Under the pieces are notes generated by a model that saw only the letters and a program-made list of their open reading frames with translations, did not search any database and was not told where the DNA came from. The translations under genes were made by a program, and so were the position numbers. A DNA stretch of 64,000 nucleotides from Phycisphaerales bacterium (GTDB lineage: Bacteria; Planctomycetota; Phycisphaerae; Phycisphaerales; UBA1924): contig JADYXW010000043.1 in the NCBI GenBank assembly GCA_020853975.1, positions 16,045 through 80,044 of the forward strand, read 5' to 3'. Positions 62,006 through 64,000 of this stretch are shown piece by piece; position 1 is the first letter of the stretch; every line of letters begins with the position of its first letter.

Positions 62006-63172
62006 TCAGCGCTTTCGCGCGGCGGCATAGCGGAGCGCGCCTTCCAGCCCATCCACCATCTTCGAGATGGTGTAGTCGTGCTCCACCGTGGCCCGGGCAG
62101 CCGCCGAGAGCGTGCGCTGGAACGCCTGGTCGGAGAGCACGCGGTCGAGCGCGGCGGTCATCCCCTCCAGATCATCCTGAGGGAACCCCAGGCCGTTCTC
62201 GCCATCTCGGAATGCCTCGATCTCGGGGTTCTGCGCCCGTTGCTCGCGGCTGGTGACCACCGGCACGCCGTAGATCAGCGCGTGGATCAGGCTCAGGCCG
62301 ATGTTCGCGGGGTAGCAGAAGGCGTGCGCGGAGAGGAACCAGGGCGCGAGCTGATCCTCGCCATAGATCGCCCCGGTGAACTTCACGGTGTCATCGAGGC
62401 GGAGCTCGCGGGCGAGTGCGCGCAGCGGGTCGGAGGCGGGCCCGTCGCCCACGATCGCCACGCACAGGCCGGGGTGCTTTGCCCGCAGCGCCGCGGCGGC
62501 CCGGATCAGCATGTCGGTGCGGTTCCAGGGCTGCAGACGCGAGACAAACAGCACAACCGGGCGGCCCTCGAGCCCGTTCGCCTTCTGGAACTCCGCGAGC
62601 CGCGCCGGCTCGGCGAGCCAGGCGTCGCGGACGGAGCGGATCGGGGCCTGGTCGATGGTGTTGAGCGCGACGAAGAGCTGCTCGGGCGGTGCGTACCCGG
62701 AATCGATGTACATCTGGGCGGCGGTGTGGTTGTAGAACAGCAGCGCGTCGGCGAGGCTGGCGAGCGTGGCGCGGGTGCGGTCGCGCAGGCGCGTCTCGGC
62801 CTTCGAATAGCCGTGGCCCCACAGCACGGTCCGCACGCCGTTCCACCGGGCCTTGATGAGCCCCGGGAGCAGCGAGAGGTACCGTGTGCTCCAGGAGAGC
62901 AGCACAACATCGGCCTTGTCCTTGGTGCAGAAGTCGATCTGGGCATCGTGCCAGCGGAAGGCCTCGGAGCCCATGACGCGCTCGCGGAGCGGGACGAGTT
63001 GCGTGCGGAAGCCGTCGGGCTTTGCCGTCGGCATGTTGGTCTCTTCGCCGTGCACCACCAGCAGGTCGATGCCCGGGCGAGCGGCGAGCTCGCGGAAGAC
63101 CGGCACGCGGTACTTCGTGAGGGTCGGCTGCGTCAGAACGACGCGGACGGTCTGTCGGGCGGCGAGCGGCAC
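62006..63172 (-). CDS. Glycosyltransferase family 4
   Basis: YRVPVF, WGHG, NTID, FVSRL, IVGDGP, GLSLIHALIYGVPVV. Confidence 0.9.
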   Translation of the reverse strand: MPLAARQTVRVVLTQPTLTKYRVPVFRELAARPGIDLLVVHGEETNMPTAKPDGFRTQLVPLRERVMGSEAFRWHDAQIDFCTKDKADVVLLSWSTRYLSLLPGLIKARWNGVRTVLWGHGYSKAETRLRDRTRATLASLADALLFYNHTAAQMYIDSGYAPPEQLFVALNTIDQAPIRSVRDAWLAEPARLAEFQKANGLEGRPVVLFVSRLQPWNRTDMLIRAAAALRAKHPGLCVAIVGDGPASDPLRALARELRLDDTVKFTGAIYGEDQLAPWFLSAHAFCYPANIGLSLIHALIYGVPVVTSREQRAQNPEIEAFRDGENGLGFPQDDLEGMTAALDRVLSDQAFQRTLSAAARATVEHDYTISKMVDGLEGALRYAAARKR

Positions 63173-63211
63173 TCCGGAGCATCTCCCCTGGGCTTGGTCA
63201 CTGTACGGGCG

Positions 63212-64000
63212 TCATGCCCCTCGCACGCCGTGGCGCACATAGGCCTCCAGGCTGCGCCGTGCGATCACGGGCCACGTGAAGCTGGACTCGACCAGCACTC
63301 GCCCCCGCCTTCCCATATCGCCCGCCTCAACCGGGTTGGCGAGCAGGGCGCTCAGGGCTCGGGCGACCTCGGCTGCGTCGAGCGGCACCACCCGCCCCGC
63401 GCCCGCCGACGCCACCTCCGGGAAGTGGCATGCGGCCGACACCACGACCGGGCGAGCGCAGGCCATCGCCTCGGTGATGGCCATGCTGAAGCCCTCCTGC
63501 CTGCTGGAAAGGCAGAAGGCGGTGCAACCGGTGAGCGCCGCGAGCTTGTCCCGCCCGTAGAGCGGGCCCACGAGGTGCACGCGCGGCGCGATCCCCAACC
63601 TCTGCACCTGCGCCGTGAGAGGCCCGAGCGCCCCGCCGTCGGGCCCGGCGACCACCAGCCGGGCCTGGGGGTGCTCCTTGAGCACGAGCGTGAACGCCTC
63701 CGCGAGAATATCCAGGCCCTTCTTATGGTGCAGGCGGCTGAGGAACAGCACGAACGGGTCCTTCTCCAGGGCTGGGTTTGCCACGCGAAACTCGTCCGGC
63801 CCCGGCAGGTTCGCGAACTCGTCAAGGAAGACGCCGTTGGGTAAGACCTCGCAGGGGGGCGTCAGCCCGAGGGGTGCCATGCCGGCCTGCTCGTCGGCGT
63901 TGAGGGTGTGGAAGAAGGCGGCGTGGTTGAGGATGCGCCGGAAGGTCAGGGCCATCGCGATGGACTTCTTCACGCGCTTCGCGGGCGTGGCCCGCATCGA
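63212..64000 (-). CDS. Glycosyltransferase family 4 (partial; start outside window)
   Basis: PNGV, FLSRLHHKKGLD, VAGPD, SRQEGFSMAITEAMACARPVV. Confidence 0.9.
   Translation of the reverse strand, partial: SMRATPAKRVKKSIAMALTFRRILNHAAFFHTLNADEQAGMAPLGLTPPCEVLPNGVFLDEFANLPGPDEFRVANPALEKDPFVLFLSRLHHKKGLDILAEAFTLVLKEHPQARLVVAGPDGGALGPLTAQVQRLGIAPRVHLVGPLYGRDKLAALTGCTAFCLSSRQEGFSMAITEAMACARPVVVSAACHFPEVASAGAGRVVPLDAAEVARALSALLANPVEAGDMGRRGRVLVESSFTWPVIARRSLEAYVRHGVRGA

Noticed and set aside
1-64000. Mobile elements, integrases, defence systems, rRNA/tRNA genes
   Set aside because: No transposase, integrase, cas, restriction-modification or rRNA/tRNA signature was seen, and composition looks uniformly GC-rich by eye.

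Overview
Very GC-rich bacterial chromosomal segment, most likely Planctomycetota (Phycisphaerae/Phycisphaerales). This is inferred from the dockerin-like C-terminal tags, several prepilin-type proteins, a DUF58/BatA/vWA/prenyltransferase-repeat cluster and an nfeD-floA locus. About 48 protein genes are supportable. They include housekeeping genes (kbl, arfB, guaB, an RluA-family synthase, pfkA, murE-murF-mraY, an amino-acid dehydrogenase, yqgF/ruvX, two GT4 glycosyltransferases) and a pilT-pilC-minor-pilin operon with a ~960-aa PilX-like protein. An SRP RNA gene (ffs) lies at 3111-3221. There is also a Zrg-like His-rich ABC locus. The main accessory feature is an island (21180-34446): a GspG-like pseudopilin followed by four secreted proteins (one multi-domain propeller-type protein, two M36 and one M1 metallopeptidase), all ending in the same 60-aa Cys-bracketed double-EF-hand tag. 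A decayed prepilin/half-tag chimera sits 23 kb downstream. Eleven genes have a TAnnnT box 5-6 nt before the start codon, pointing to widespread leaderless transcription. A 41-aa ORF absent from the ORF track has its own RBS and terminator. No tRNA, rRNA, CRISPR array or mobile element was recognised. Family names come from motif recognition by eye, not from database searches.
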